NCBI GenBank assembly: GCA_026770705.1
Contig: JANJGN010000021.1
Location: forward strand, 30,132,001 to 30,196,000
From: Isurus oxyrinchus
Lineage: Eukaryota
Reading direction: 5' to 3'
DNA length: 64,000 nucleotides
Shown here in pieces: positions 37,829 to 51,200 of the stretch. A program made the position numbers and the translations under genes. The notes below the pieces were generated by a model that had not been told where the DNA came from, ran no database searches, and worked only from the letters and a program-made list of their open reading frames with translations. Position 1 is the first letter of the stretch. Every line of letters begins with the position of its first letter.

Positions 37829-39163
37829 ATGCTTCCATTTGACAAGCTCTGGAGGGCTTTCAGTGATTCATGAGTTTCAAGTTCATCAGAAAGAAATGTT
37901 GATTGTATTTCAAATTTGATGATAGAAAATGCAAACAGGACATGACTCCAGCAGTGACACTATGACTAACCAATCTAATTTTTATTTTCCTCTGTGTCCT
38001 GATTTGCTTTACAACCTTGTTCTGTAGCCTCCAGCCTCAAACAGACATCAGAAAACATTTAGGACTACATCACGTTATCTTCAAATTTATAGGCTGTATG
38101 TCCACCTACAATATGGAGGGAAACAAGAAGGCAATAACACACTACACTCTGTAAACATGCTCTCACCTAATGAGTCTCCACACCTGTAATTGAATCCCAT
38201 AAGATCTCTCTTGAATGTATTATTTAAATAGAATAATATGCAGTGACTGGTGGTTTATGAATATAAAATCACTCTCTTGCCACTAACATGATTCATTTCA
38301 GCTGCTAGGTTTCCCATGGTGTGCAAAACTAGGCCAGCCGGGGTTAAAACTGGAAGATTGGTTATATGTGAGGCATTCGGCAACATCATATTTAAATAAC
38401 CACCTTGACTTCTGGGAGTGGCTTGATCACCTATTGCCTGTCCTGACTCAGTTAAAACCAGAAGTGGATGAGTTGGAGTTGGGTTTGAGATTTTTAAATT
38501 TTAGTATCCCAATCCCTTTGTTTTTTGCCATCAAAATTAAACCATTAAAATCTATGAAGGTGGTGAATAACTACAGTGGGAATCTCCTCAAAAATAACTC
38601 ATGAAATTTTACCCTGAATCCTCAAGACAATTGCTCAAAAACTCCAGGGGCAGAATTTTTCGCTTGGCGGGTGGGCACGTGCCTGACCCACTCGAGCAAG
38701 AAATGACGCATGTTGATGTCGACCGAGTGTGCTGATGTCAGTGCGCACTCTCGCAATATTTCTCTAGCTGGGCATGCGAGGGAGACGGAGTCGCACCCAC
38801 CATTAATTAAGAGGCCAGTTAAGGCCCTTAACGTAACCAGTTGTCTCCGAGTTTACGTAGCCTGTGCGAATTTTCAGCTGTCGTACGGGCAAAACCGGCA
38901 GACGGGCAGGCCACAATTTGCAAAAGCTCCTCCACGGGAAAGATCAGAAGGGTCAGCAGCATTGTCAATGTGAGTGGTAAGGAGTTTTGGAGATCATGTG
39001 CTGCTGGTTGATTTTGTGAACTCAACAGCTCCATCTCCTTCAGAGCTTTACTCTGAGCATTTCTAAGCTTCATTTCAGGACTCATTGGTTTCTTCCAGGC
39101 CCCTGGAGCATTCACACTGTGTGTGCACTTCCAGGTATCAGACAGCCTTCCATAACCCTGGTA

Positions 39164-40371
39164 ATGGGGATTGTGCTCTCTGCTGGAGGCACCTCCTCTG
39201 AGGTTAAAGAGAGGGGCAGAAGTGAGAGGAGGCCAGGTGTCCCAATGCAGCTACCTGGGGAACGGCCTGTGGGAGGAGAGGCGCAGGCACAAGGGGGGCA
39301 GGGCCAGCTGGCAGTGCAAGGCAGAAAGGGCCACAGAAGACGCCACTATCCTGCTGCCAGGGTTCACAGGCGGCGATGCAGCTACCTCAAAATGTCCGAG
39401 GTGCAATGCCGAAGGAGGCTCCATCTCTCAAGGGAGACAGTGACCCCCATCTGACAGATGATTGGCCCTGAGCTCTGTGCCAACTGTATGGGTGGACACC
39501 CTATGCCAGTAGCTCTGAAGGTCACAGTGGCCCTCAATTTATATGCCTCCAGCTCTTTCCAGGGCTCAGTAGGCTTCCTGTGTGGAGTCTCCAAAGCTGC
39601 GTCACACTGGCGATAGAAGCTCTGTGGTGGGCATTAACTGTCATTCATTACCGTACTGTTGAGGCCAGCCAGGCCGAGCAAGCCAGAGGCTTTGCGGCGA
39701 TTGCTGGGTTCCCCCATGTCCAGAGTGCTATAGACTGTACACATGTGGCCATCAAGTCGCCAGCAAATGAGCCTGGTGCCTTCTTCAACAGGAAGGGCTT
39801 CCACTCCATGAACATGCAGATAGTGTGTGATCACAGGATGCAGATTCTACAAGTCTGTGCAAGGTACCCAGGCAGCTCCTATGATACTTATATTCTGGAC
39901 ACTCCCAGGTCCCGAGGCTCTTCAGTGTTCCAGCCCAACTGGATGGATGGCTGCTGGGTGACGAGGGCTATTCCCTGAAAAGGCGGCTCATGAAGCTTCT
40001 CCACCACCCAAGAACAGAGGCCGAGCAGCGGTATAACAAGAGCCAAACCTCCACAAGGTCTCCACATGGAGAGAACCATAGATCTTCTCAAGATGTGCTT
40101 CCGATGCCAGGACTATTCATGGGACCCTCCAGAGAGTTTGTCACTGATAGTGGTTGCATGCTGCACTCTCCACAATCTGGCACTGGCACGGGAGGTCCCA
40201 GTGGAGGAAGAGGATGTTGATGGAGCTGCGCAGGCCACAGTTGATGAGTCCAGTAGTGAGTCCGAGGATGAGCAGGGTGAGGAGAACACTGAGGGCATAG
40301 ACACTGACCTGGGTAACCTCCAGGGTGGCAGGGATACCCGGGATGCTTTGATCCAAAGCTCCTTCAGCTAG
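39164..40371 (+). pseudogene. Harbinger (HARBI1-like) DDE transposase, frameshifted
   Basis: GFAAIAGFPHVQSAIDCTHVAIK..FFNRKGFHSMNMQIVCD..VCARYPGSSYD; WLLGDEGY; AEQRYNKSQ; ERTIDLLKMCFRC..CCTLHNLA, spread over several frames. AATAAA at ~40476. Confidence 0.9.
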
Positions 40372-40687
40372 CCTACCAAATAAGAACCACCAACACATGC
40401 CAGGGCTGCAGGCTCCATACTCAATCCCAGAAAGGAGCACTTCCTTGGTCAACAACATACATTTTGTGCTTGTGCAATAAAGTTTCAGGCTCATGCCCAT
40501 CATTACATAATGGCTTACCCTGCACCTACAGAACAAATGAAGCATACAGAGGCCAATAGCACAAAATAACATTTAATTATGCATGTGAAACATGCATAAC
40601 ATTATCTGGTGTTCTTAATCACACCATTAAAAATGTTAAAGCACAATGAGGGAACAATATATCACCCACGCTAAGGCTGTCTTGTGC

Positions 40688-42567
40688 TTAAGGCACTTTA
40701 CATTTATGGTTACAGGTGCTACATCGGGGTGCTCCCCCCTCGCTGGCAGCAACATTGGAGACAGGCTGCTCACTGTGCTGTCTTGTTGGCCTTGATGACC
40801 TTGGCGGTCGTCCTCTGGCCACTGGAGCCTGTGAAGGCCCAGCCTGGGAGGGAGCAGCCTGTGCCACGGTTGGCATCTCCCCAGTCGCTGCAGCCTTATC
40901 AGATGCCACGGTCACTAGCAGAGGGACGGAGGAGCTGCTGTCGTTATCCAGAGTGCCCTGAGAGGAGCCCGCAGAGACGACAGGCAGTTTGTGCGCCAAC
41001 GTGAGGTCACTTTGGACCTCCCTGCTCACCACTGATGGATGGGCACCTAGCTGGGATACTGGGTGCCCCATCCATCTCCCACACTGACAGTGATCACCTG
41101 AGGTCATTGCCGGTGTGAGAGTTTGCAGACCCAAGCGCAACCCCAGGAACCCTTGATTGAGTCCCTGGAGTAGCCTCTCCATGAGAGTCGCCACCCTCTC
41201 CATGGAGGAGGCACTATGCTCGGCCATGAGGGTCAGTGCAGTGCTCATGCTCTCCAGGGACTCCTTCCAAACGGAGGCCATGGCACGCATTCCCTCATGT
41301 ATCTCCGCCAGATCCTCCCGCACACCCTGCTGGACTTCCAGCATCTGCTGCCGCAGATTTGACTCCAGAGGCCCATCGTCAGCCATTGACTGAGCATTGT
41401 CCTGGTGTCTAGTAGTCCTTCGACTGCCAGTTCCCTGGGCACTCTCTGCCTCTACCTGTAACTCAAGCGAGTGTGAAGTGCTCTCACCAATGTACACTGA
41501 GATACTAGACGGCGATCTTATGCTCACCGAGGTGCTGGTATCTGCGCTGGTGCCTGCTTGACAGAGAGGGGGTGATGCAGGTATGTGCTCAGCATGGTAG
41601 TCCTCTGGGGTTAGGGGTGGGCCTTCAGGGTCCTCATTGCAATTGCCTGCTGGTGAGCCTAAAAAGGAGAAGAAAGACATGTCATTAATTTAAGTCATGA
41701 CGCTGTCACTGTCCATGCCAGGCACCCTGGTGAGACAGCAGATATCTACCTAATGGTGCCCCCATCTTTTGATTATCAATGGGGACTCCAGTTTCGAGGC
41801 TCACATCAATATAGAGAAAACACTACAATGCTTGCAATAGCCGATGTTCTCACCTTGGTGCACTGCACTCTTGCCTTCGTCTTGCCCCCCAACCTCACCG
41901 TGGCTGGTTGACCATGGCGCCTCTCCAGATCCAGTGCCTCCTGCTCATAGCTTGTCAGGATTAGGAGGTGTGGGGGCCCCCGCCAGTCCGCGACCCCTCA
42001 ATATTGTTATGGGATGTCTTCTCCTGAAAGGATAGAGGAGCATTGATTAGTGCACCCTGTACCTGCAACGCCATTGCAGCCTGGCCATCCCCAGCTGAGG
42101 AACACCTGGCAGGGCTCAGCCAATTCATGGCCCTTGAGCCGCAAGGCACTCAGTCCAAGAAGCCAGGACTCACCCTCTTGGCCAGCTCCGGCGTCATTGA
42201 CAGTTACCACTCTCACTCTAACGCCTCTCAAGTCCACTGGGGTGATGGCCAGCCCTTAACTGTTCTGCACACTAACCCATGCCAACATGGTACTCACCCT
42301 TCCCGATCACAGCAAATCGTTGAAGCACTTCCGGCACTATACCATGTGCGCCTCACCAAGTCATGGCTGCTCACCCTGGATGCCACCTCCTCCCAGGCCT
42401 TTTTGGTGAGGTGCGGGGGGCCTCCTCCCGTCTCTGGGGCCAAGGGCTTCCCTCCCGGCTCCCACCACCTCCAGAAGGGCAATGAGGCACTTATCAGAGA
42501 AACTCGGGACCAATGGCCCCGCCAACCTGCCCCCTCACCTGCCGTGTCCAACTGCACTGGAATCCAT
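40688..42567 (-). pseudogene. Harbinger Myb/SANT-like DNA-binding protein gene (about 3 exons: 42567-42298, 42023-~41854, 41658-40688), disrupted
   Basis: FSDKCLIALLEVV..TKKAWEEVASRVSS..RRTW..CRKRFND trihelix motif across frameshifts; EKTSHN after an acceptor; GT/AG sites at the exon edges; long last exon with a coiled-coil-like stretch (ORF 40688-41680). Confidence 0.8.
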
Positions 42568-43005
42568 CGAGACTTCAGCATCCTTCCATGGCAGCCTTCC
42601 AGAGGCTGCCTGGGCCACTTTTGAATCGACCGCTGGGTCATCATTGGACCCAGTGGACATCTTACCTTTGCCCACCCCTTCCCAGAGCTTCCCCAGCTGT
42701 CTTTCATGCTGGGTGGCCTTAATTGGCCCGCTGGTGTGAAATAGCAGGGCCGTGCCTATTGCGGGCAGCTTTCCAACTGCCCCCTGCCTGAGCCCGCTCA
42801 CCAAGGGTAAAATTCTGCCCCAGGATATGGATTCAGCAGATGCATCATCTCTCACCTGATCGTATTCTACAATTATGTTCTCATTACAAATTAACCAGTC
42901 GAAGTGGTTTCTTTTCTTCAATTCATGAAATTGTTTAATGCTGCCATCACAGAGTTCTAACCAACAGGTGATGGCTGTAAATTCACTTCTAAATCTGTAT
43001 TTCAG

Positions 43006-43065
43006 ACTATTTGTACTGGAATTGCAGTGATTGTATTATCCGGGAACATGCCTCGTATACTACTG
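43006..43065 (+). CDS. TMEM54: TMEM54/KRTCAP3 exon 3
   Basis: tttcag|TICTGIAVIVLSGNMPRILL|gtaagt, 60 nt, phase 0/0; compare TMEM54 VITSGIAAIVLSRYLP. Confidence 0.9.
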
Positions 43066-43129
43066 GTAAGTAGAATTCGTTAATTTTATGCGTCGCATTT
43101 AGTTCTGTATTAATATCACTTTTCCAACA

Positions 43130-43490
43130 ACAGCTAACACTTATGCAGCCACTTTAATAAAGTGGAATAACCCTTTACAAGGGAGAATTGGACACTGAAC
43201 AGGCAAGAGAAATTAAAAGAGGGGAGTAAAGGATGAGCAAAGAGAGAGTTTTTGAGATTTTCTTTCAGGTGGAAAGAAAAGTAGCAAGGTGCTGGATATT
43301 AACAAGAGAATTCCAGAGTGCAGGAGCGAAGATGGTGTCACTGATGCTTGGTTAGAGGGAAAGGGACAGAGAATGAGATGACTGGAGTAAGGAGTACAGA
43401 CTATCAAAGCTGAGATATAAGATTGGAGAAATTTGTGGAGATGAGATTGCATGTGGCTGCAGAGGGCTTTGCAAACAAAGATGAGGATGA
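43130..43490 (-). mobile_element. Old L2-type fragment
   Basis: Similar by eye to 24255-24675 and 26910-27250. Confidence 0.5.
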
Positions 43491-43587
43491 TTCAAGAAAA
43501 GTGAAAGTGTTTTTTTTTACTTTTAACGTGTTCCTCTGTACAGCAACAAAAAATGTTTAAAGAATGTCTTTTTGTTTAATTATGCAG

Positions 43588-43779
43588 CAATACATTGTGT
43601 TCACAAGTAGTATGCTCAATTCCTTCATCTCCATGGCCTGCATGCTTGGTCTGGGAGTCTCGGTGGTGGTGACCATTGGAAATGGTGGAAGAACGTTGCT
43701 GACAGTTTGTCATCTCAGCTCCACTAAGGATATTTTACAAGTAACATACGAATGTCCATTTGACCCAACAAGAATCTAT
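43588..43779 (+). CDS. TMEM54: TMEM54/KRTCAP3 exon 4
   Basis: tgcag|QYIVFTSSMLNSFISMACMLGLGVSVVVTIGNGGRTLLTVC...ECPFDPTRIY|gtaagt, with the family hallmark CPFDPTRIY. Confidence 0.95.
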
Positions 43780-44149
43780 GTAAGTTGAAAATACACATGC
43801 TAAGAATGCCTGCTGTGTATTTGCTAATTGATGTGAATCCATTTACAATTTATTCCCATTAATTCAAAACAAATTTGCTCAAAATATTGGAATTATCCAG
43901 TATTATGAATTTTACAACGTTAATAAAACAGCACAGGGCATGTTTTGATCTATGCTGAGTTCATTGTTCTCGGGCAGCGAGTTTGCAATCTCAGTGCAAC
44001 CAAACAGATCATTTGGTGAAAGCAACTTCAAATTAAAAATGGATTGGCATGTTAGTTTCATTGGCTGCAATTCACAATGTGAAACTTTGTGAAAATGCAT
44101 TCATGTTCCTATTGTATTCATATTTATGCAACATTGTGTAGCAGCAGTT

Positions 44150-45095
44150 TACTGTGTAATAAATGGACTGAAGCAGATGCAGTGTTGTTGTCCACTCTGC
44201 ACCAGATTTTGAAAGCTACTTTCAAACTCTTCAATTCTCTATACAAGCAACTTGGCCTGTCCTTGATTGTTGCCAAAACAAAACTAGTATCAGTCCACAC
44301 CTGGTCAGCCAAATATTTATACCTGCCACCCATGTTGAAGGAGAGACTCTGGAATATGTTGAGTACTTCCCATAGCTTGGCAATGGCCTCTCTCAAAGTG
44401 CCACCATTGATGCGGAGATCAACACTGTATCAGCTGTGCCAGTCCAACCTTCTACAAACTGCAGTAACAAGTGTTTGACAACAACGGCCCCTGCAAGTCA
44501 ACAAAAGTCCTGATATACAGAGCAGTTGTCATCACTGCATTCCTGTACTGCAGTGAGATCTGGACTGTGTATTAGTGACACAAGAGTGCTAGAAAAATTC
44601 TAGCATTAATAACTCCGTAGCATCCTCCAGAATAAACACTAGTGTCCTCCTTGAAGCCAGTTTCCCAAGCATTCAGGTAAAACTCCTGTAAAATCAGTGG
44701 CCACAAAGTGTCTCGCTGCCAGGTTCTGGTTTTCCAACTCTCAAATTTCGTGGGTGGACAAAGAAAAAGCTTCAAAGATATTCTGAAGCTCTCCTTGAAG
44801 AACGGCAGCATTGAAATTAATGGCTGGTGCTTGCCTCCAATTGTTCAAAATGGTGACCACCTGTCCATCAATTTGCATGATTCTTTGAGCTACAATGTCT
44901 TAATGGTGAGGCAGAGAAGAAAGAAAAGGACGCAAATCCTGAACTCCAGATCCCACTACCTCATGGGACATCCTGCCACATGCGCCCAAAAATCTGAGAG
45001 TTGAGAATCAGCCTGCCCAGTCGCATGAAGATCCCTAGCAGAAACTTGTAAGCCTGAGCAGATGTCATCCTTGAAATGAGGAACAGCTAACAAAG
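44150..45095 (+). mobile_element. RTE-clade LINE remnant
   Basis: TKVLIYRAVVITAFLYCSEIWTVY-like and GGQRKSFKDILKLSLK motifs typical of the RTE ORF C-terminus. Confidence 0.75.
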
Positions 45096-46179
45096 CCGAA
45101 AGGCACTATATAAATACAAATTGTTGTTGTTGCTTGTACAGAAATTGGATTCAGTTTGTGTTTTAGTGATCTCCTTTATTCAAACTCACCTGTCTGAACT
45201 GACCAGCAGGTGATGTAACCTGCATAAAGTGATCTGGTGACAAAGGAGGGTGACTACTGACACACATATACAGAATGGCATTTTACAAAGCAGTTAATCC
45301 TGGGAGGGAAGCAGAGTTGTTGAAGAAAATAATTGGCAAAGAACAAGGAAAAAAATCACAAAGGGAGAGACTGTGACACATTGTCAGAGCTGAATGGGAA
45401 CAAATAACACCGCTTTGTTTGGCGAAAGCTTCTCTAAGACTGCCAGGCACCTTATCTTTAATGAATCTGTCTCACTGCTGGTTGTGAAGTGCTGTTCGGT
45501 TGTATCCTGACTAGCTCGATTCGCTCCCTGTCTCACACATCATGTTTGTGCTTCTGTTTTGTTTGATCTTCCTGTCTTGCCTACTCCACTGAGGATCGAT
45601 AAATGACAATGATTTTAGGTAATTCATTTCAGTTAACGATGTCTGAATGCAGAGAGGACCCAACAATATTCAACCTTTTGTTGCTCAATGCTGACACCAG
45701 TGACTCCTTTTCTGTCTTGGTTTTTCCTTTCTGTCATGTCATTTTTCCTTTTTCCGTATTTTCTCTGTCTACCTCCATTTTCTAAGGGCTGAAAATGCCT
45801 AATTGTCAGCAAAAGTGGTTTTCCTGTAGGTCACAAAAACGCAACAATTCTTTCTGCATGGACTTGAGTGGTGAGATTCAGAAGGGCTGTTCAACATCAT
45901 ACACCACAACAACAACTTTCATTTGTATTGCATTTGTTTAATATAGTAAAACTTCCCCAGGAGTTCCCGAGAAGTTATCAAACACCGTGTGCTGTGGGGT
46001 TGTATGCAGTAACAGCACCATTCCTGGAGACAATTGGATGATTCCCCTGTCAATCACACTTGGATCTTTGTTGCTGCTAAGGTACATGGGTGTACAGCAG
46101 AGCTGGAGTTAACCATGTAGCACATGTTCCATTATAAATACTATGCACGCAGCCATGCAAAAATAAATGTCATGGTAGA

Positions 46180-48275
46180 GTTCAGGCACAATTAAGGCAT
46201 ATTCCTTGAAAGGGAAAGGTAGGGCAAACAAATCCAGAGCTTTCTGGATGATAAAAGAGATAGAAATTAAGATAAAGAATAAAAAGTGTGTTTATGGAAG
46301 ATGTCAAGTAGAAAATAGAATTGAGAACCAGGTCATATATAGCAGGTTCAGAGGGGAGGTGAAAAAGCAAATAAGAGAAGCAAAGAGGAAGTATGAAAAG
46401 GCACTGGCAGGTAACATAAAAGGGAATCCCAAAGTCTTCTATTGGCATATAAATAACAAAAGGAGTAGGGCCAGTGAGACCATAAAGGGGATTTACACAT
46501 GGAGGCAGAATACTTTGCATCTCTTTTTACTAAGGAAGAAGATGCTACCCAGGCCATGGTGAAAAAGAAGGCAGTTCAGACACCAGAAGGGTTTAAACTT
46601 GATAAGGAGGTGGCATTGGATAGGCTATATGTACGTAAAGTTGATAAGACACCAGGTCTGGATGAGATGCATCCAAGGATACTGAGAGAGGTGAGAGGTG
46701 GAAATCGCAGAGGCACTGGCCATAATTTTTCAGTCTTCCTTATATGGTGCCAGAAGGCTGGAGAATTGCAAATGCTGCACCCTTGTTCAAAAAAAGGTGT
46801 GAACATAAGCCCAGCCAATAAAGGCTGGTCAATTTACCTTTGGTGGCATGGTGGAGAGATCTTCTAGAAACAATAATTCAGGACAAAATTAAGTCACATG
46901 GACAAATTTAGGTTAATTAAGGAAAGCCAGCATGGATTTGTTAAGGGAAAATTGTGTTTAACTAACTTGCTGATGTATTTTTGAAGAGATAGCAGAGAGG
47001 GTTATTGAGGGCAATGCTGTTGATGTGTATATGGACTTCCAAAAAACAGTTGATTCAATGCCAACAACAGACTTATGAAAAAATGTATAGGATTTGGAAT
47101 AAAAGGGACAATAGCAACATGGGTAGTTAATTGGCTGAGTGACAGAAAATAGAATAGTGGTTGGTGGATTTTTTTTGGCTGGCAGAAGGTTTGTAATGGA
47201 GTTCTCGAGGGGTCAGTGCTGGGACTTTTGCTCTTCCTGATGTATAAAAATAGATCTTGGTGTACAGGGCACAATTTCAAAATTTGAAGATGATACAAAA
47301 CTTGGAGGCATTGTGAACTGTGGAGAAGATAGTGTCGAACTTCAAAAAGACATAGAAAAGTTAGTGGAATGGGCGGACAAGTGGCAGATGAAATTCAATG
47401 TGGAAATGTGAGATCATTCATTTTGGTAGGAAAAACATGGAGCGACATTATAAAATAAAGGATACAAATCTAAAGGGGGTGCAGAAGCAGTGGGACCTGG
47501 ATGTATATGCACATAAGCCATTCAAGGTGGCAGGACAGGTTGAGAGAGCAGTTAATAAAGCTTACAGTTTCCTAGGCAATTTTAATAGGGTCATAAAGTA
47601 CAAGAGCAAGGAGGTTATGTTAAACTTATATAAGACACTAATTTGGCTTCAGCTGGAGTACTGTGTATAGTCCTGGGCACCGCACTTCAGAAGGGTGTGA
47701 AAGGATTGGAGAGAGTGCAGAAAAGGTTCACCAGAATAGTTCCAGGAATGAGGAAATTCAATTTTGAAGATAAATAGGAGAAGTTAGGACTGTTTCCCTT
47801 GGAGAAAAGAAGCTGAGAGGAGATCTGATGGAGGTATTCAAAATCATGAGGGACTTGGACAGAGAAGACAAGGAGAAACTGTTCCCTCTCATGAAAGGGT
47901 TATGGGGTAAAGGCAGGAAAGTGTAATTGAGGATTATCAGATCAGCCATGATCTCATTGAATGGCAGAGCAGACTCGATGGGCCAAATGACCTAATTGTG
48001 TTCCTACGTCTTATATTCTTAATGATCGAGAACAAGAGGGCACAGATTTAATGTAATTGGCAAAAGAAGCAAAAGTGATATGAGAAAACACTCAACGCAG
48101 CGAGTGGTTAAGCTCTGGAATGCACTGTCTGAGAATGTGGTGGAGGCAGGTTCGATCGAGGCATTCAATAGGGAATTAGACTGTTATTTGAAAAGAACAA
48201 TGTGTAGGATTGCAGGGTGAAAGGCAGGAGAATGGCGCTAAGTGAAATGCTCATTCGGAGAGCCAATGCAGATCA
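46180..48275 (+). mobile_element. CR1 LINE ORF2 (decayed), with a nested CR1 3' fragment at about 47905-48020
   Basis: IREAKRKYEKALAGNIKGNPKVFY; KTPGLDEMHPRILREV; QHGFVKG; KCEIIHFGRKN..LYKTLIWLQLEYCV. Confidence 0.92.
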
Positions 48276-51200
48276 GGTGATATAGTTGGAGAATTTCTCA
48301 CAAGCCCACATGGCTACAAGATAATTGCATACCTCATTTCTGTGTCAGATAGTGCCCGAGACACATAATAGACTGGTCAATGGCACCTATTCAGTTGCTC
48401 TTGAAACAGGAGTGCCCCTAGTCCTGTAGATGAGGCATCTGCTGCAGTTGTGGTCAGTAAGAATGGGTTGTAGTGAGCCAGGATATCTGGTGAGAGCAGC
48501 ATGTCTTTAATCTGTCAGAATGCTTGCTCCTGGTGCATCTCAGCACCATGCTTGGGCCTTCTTCAATAATTTTGCCAGCTGATTTACCATACCCAGGAAT
48601 CATTGAGGATCTGTAATGGATGATGGGATCAGAAATTCACTGATGGCCCTAGGTTTTGTGAAGGGGAGGTCGTGTCTCACTAACTTGATCGAGTTTTTCG
48701 AGGAAGTGACAAAGATGATCGATGATGGAAGGGCAGTGGATGTTATATACATGGATTTCAGTAAGGCCTTTGACAAGGTCCCTCATGGCAGACTGGTACA
48801 GAGGGTAAAGTCGTATGGGATCAGAAGTGAGCTGGTAGGATGGATACAGAATTGGCTTGGTCATAGAAGACAGAGGGTAGCAGTGGAAGGATGCTTTTCT
48901 GAATGGAGAGCTGTGACTAGTGGAGTTCACAGGGATCAGTGTTGGGACCTTTGCTGTTTGTGTATACATAAATGATTTGGAGGAAAATGTAACTGGGCTA
49001 ATTAGTAAGTTTGCAGATGACACTTAGGTTGGAGGAGTTGCAGATATTGAAGAGGATTGTCAAAGGATACAACGGGATATAGATCGGTTGGAGACTTGGG
49101 CAGAGAAATGGCAGATGGAGTTTAATCCGGACAAATGCAAGGTAATGCATTTTGGAAGGTCTAATACAGGCAGGAATTATACAGTAAATGGCAGAACTCT
49201 TAAGTGCATCGATGGGCAGAGGGATCTGGGTGTACAGGTCCACAGGTCACAAAGTGGCAATGCAGGTGGATAAGGTAGTCAGGAAGACATATGGCATGCT
49301 TGCCTTTATCAGCAGGGGTATTGAGTATAAAAGCTGGGAAGTCATGCTGCAGCTGTATAGAACCTTGGTTAGGCCACACTTGGAATACTGCATGCAATTC
49401 TGGTCACCACATTACTCGAAGGATATGGAGGTGTTGGAGAGGGTGCAGAGGAGGTTTACCAGGATGCTGCCTGGTCTGGAGGTTATTAACTATGAGGAGA
49501 GGTTGGAGAAACTCGGATTGTTCTCACTAGAGCGACGGAGTTTGAGAGGCGACTTGATAGAAGTTTACAAAATTATGAGTGGCATGGTCAGAGTAGACAG
49601 TCAGAAGCTTTTTCCCAGGGTGGAAGAGTTAATTACTAGGGGACATAGATTTAAGGTGAGAGAAGAAAACTATAAAGGTGATCTGTGGGGCAAGTTTTTT
49701 ATGCAGAGGGTAGAGTGTGTCTGGAATTGGCAGCCAGAGGAGGTGGTGGAAGCAGGTACGATAGTGGTGTTTAAGAGGCAGCTTGACAAATACATGAATA
49801 GGATGGGAATAGAGGGATACAGACCCTGGAAGTGCAAAATGTTTTAGTTGACGGGCAAAGTGATCGGCGCAGGCTTGGAGAGCCGAAGGGCCTGTTCCTG
49901 TGCTGTACTTTCTTTGTTCTTTGTTCTTAAGTGTCTCCAGGGCGCTATGACTTGTGCCACATTTGGCAGGAATTTTGCCAGCTGATTTACCATACCCAGG
50001 AATCATTGAGGATCTGTAATGGATGATGGGATCAGAAATTCACTGATGGCCCTTGTTTTTTGTGTGTCTGCCATTATGCCTTTGCTGCTCACAATGTGGC
50101 CTAAAAATTGAATGGATGTTTTAGAGAATTTACACTTTATCGTTAAGTGTCAGTCCTGCTTCCTGTAAGCAGTTCAAGACAGCTTTAAGTCTCAGATTGT
50201 GTTCTTTGACAGTTGCTCCACGGACAAGGATATTACCCATGTGGCAGATTACGCCTTTAAGGCCCTGCAAGAGAGTGGACATTGGCTGAAAATTTCATGT
50301 GCCAAGATTATGCCAAATGGCAAATGATTAAAGCAAAATCTGCCAAAAGGGGTAATAAAGGTTGTCAATAATTTAAATTTTTTTTTATCTAATGGTACCT
50401 GCCAAAAACCACTGTTAGCATTGAGTTTTGAGAAAGTTGTACTCTTGGAGAGCTTGGTCAAGCTGTTGTCCACTGGGAACAATAGGGTGGATTTCCCTCA
50501 CCACAGTTTGTTGAGTTGAGCCAGGTTGACACAGGTGCAAAGGGATTTGTTTGGATTAGGAGCCAGAACCATCCTGGAGCACCATTCTATCGGATTAGTG
50601 AGGGGAGAGACGATTCCCATCTTGGTCATGTTGTCAAGTTGCAGTTGGACATGTTTCATGAATGGATGTGAAATCTTTCTTGATGTGAAAAGCCATACAG
50701 GTTTAGCATCTATTCCTAGCGTTATGCTGTATTCAGTCTTCAGTCAACCAGCCCGATGATTCGTTTTAGAAAATCCTTTTTGAAGTCAAACTGAGATCCT
50801 TGCTGGTTGGTCTCCTTGATTTTTTGGTTGAGGTTAAGGTCGACGCAGGCTTTTTGGACTCAGAAGAGAAAATTCTTCATTGTGAAGCACATATGTTTCT
50901 TGTGTCTGTTTGTTCTTATATTGGTGTGTTGCTTGCAATATACCTTTGACCTGGAGCTTGATTCCTCCTGGGCCATATTACTGGGCTCTAGATGGCTGCA
51001 GGCACTGTTTTACTAGCAGCGTTTCTTTATGGACAAGATTGTGATACTTGCTCCTGCATCCTGTTTGAAATTAGTGATGTGACTATTGACACAAATGTCT
51101 GCATTCCAGAAAGTATATCTTGGATCTTTGTCTGGTCCTTCCATGTACCCACATCAGCCTGGCGAGGTGAATTTGGAATCCATAGCTGTTTTAAGTTCGT

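Larger units (their letters stand above)
38648..42820 (+). mobile_element. Full-length PIF/Harbinger DNA transposon (4173 bp, inactivated) in intron 2 of the TMEM54-family gene
   Basis: 12-bp TIRs gggcagaatttt / aaaattctgccc, CAG target duplication (38645-47 and 42821-23), convergent transposase and Myb/SANT genes. Confidence 0.93.

Noticed and set aside
39164-40371. Domesticated HARBI1 gene
   Set aside because: Multiple frameshifts, with TIRs and TSD retained, indicate a decaying transposon.
40688-41680. 330-aa ORF as a stand-alone host gene
   Set aside because: It lies inside the Harbinger TIRs and begins at a polypyrimidine/AG acceptor. It is the last exon of the element's Myb/SANT gene.
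42043-42624. 193-aa plus-strand ORF
   Set aside because: Antisense shadow of the GC-rich Harbinger Myb exon 1 and its intron.
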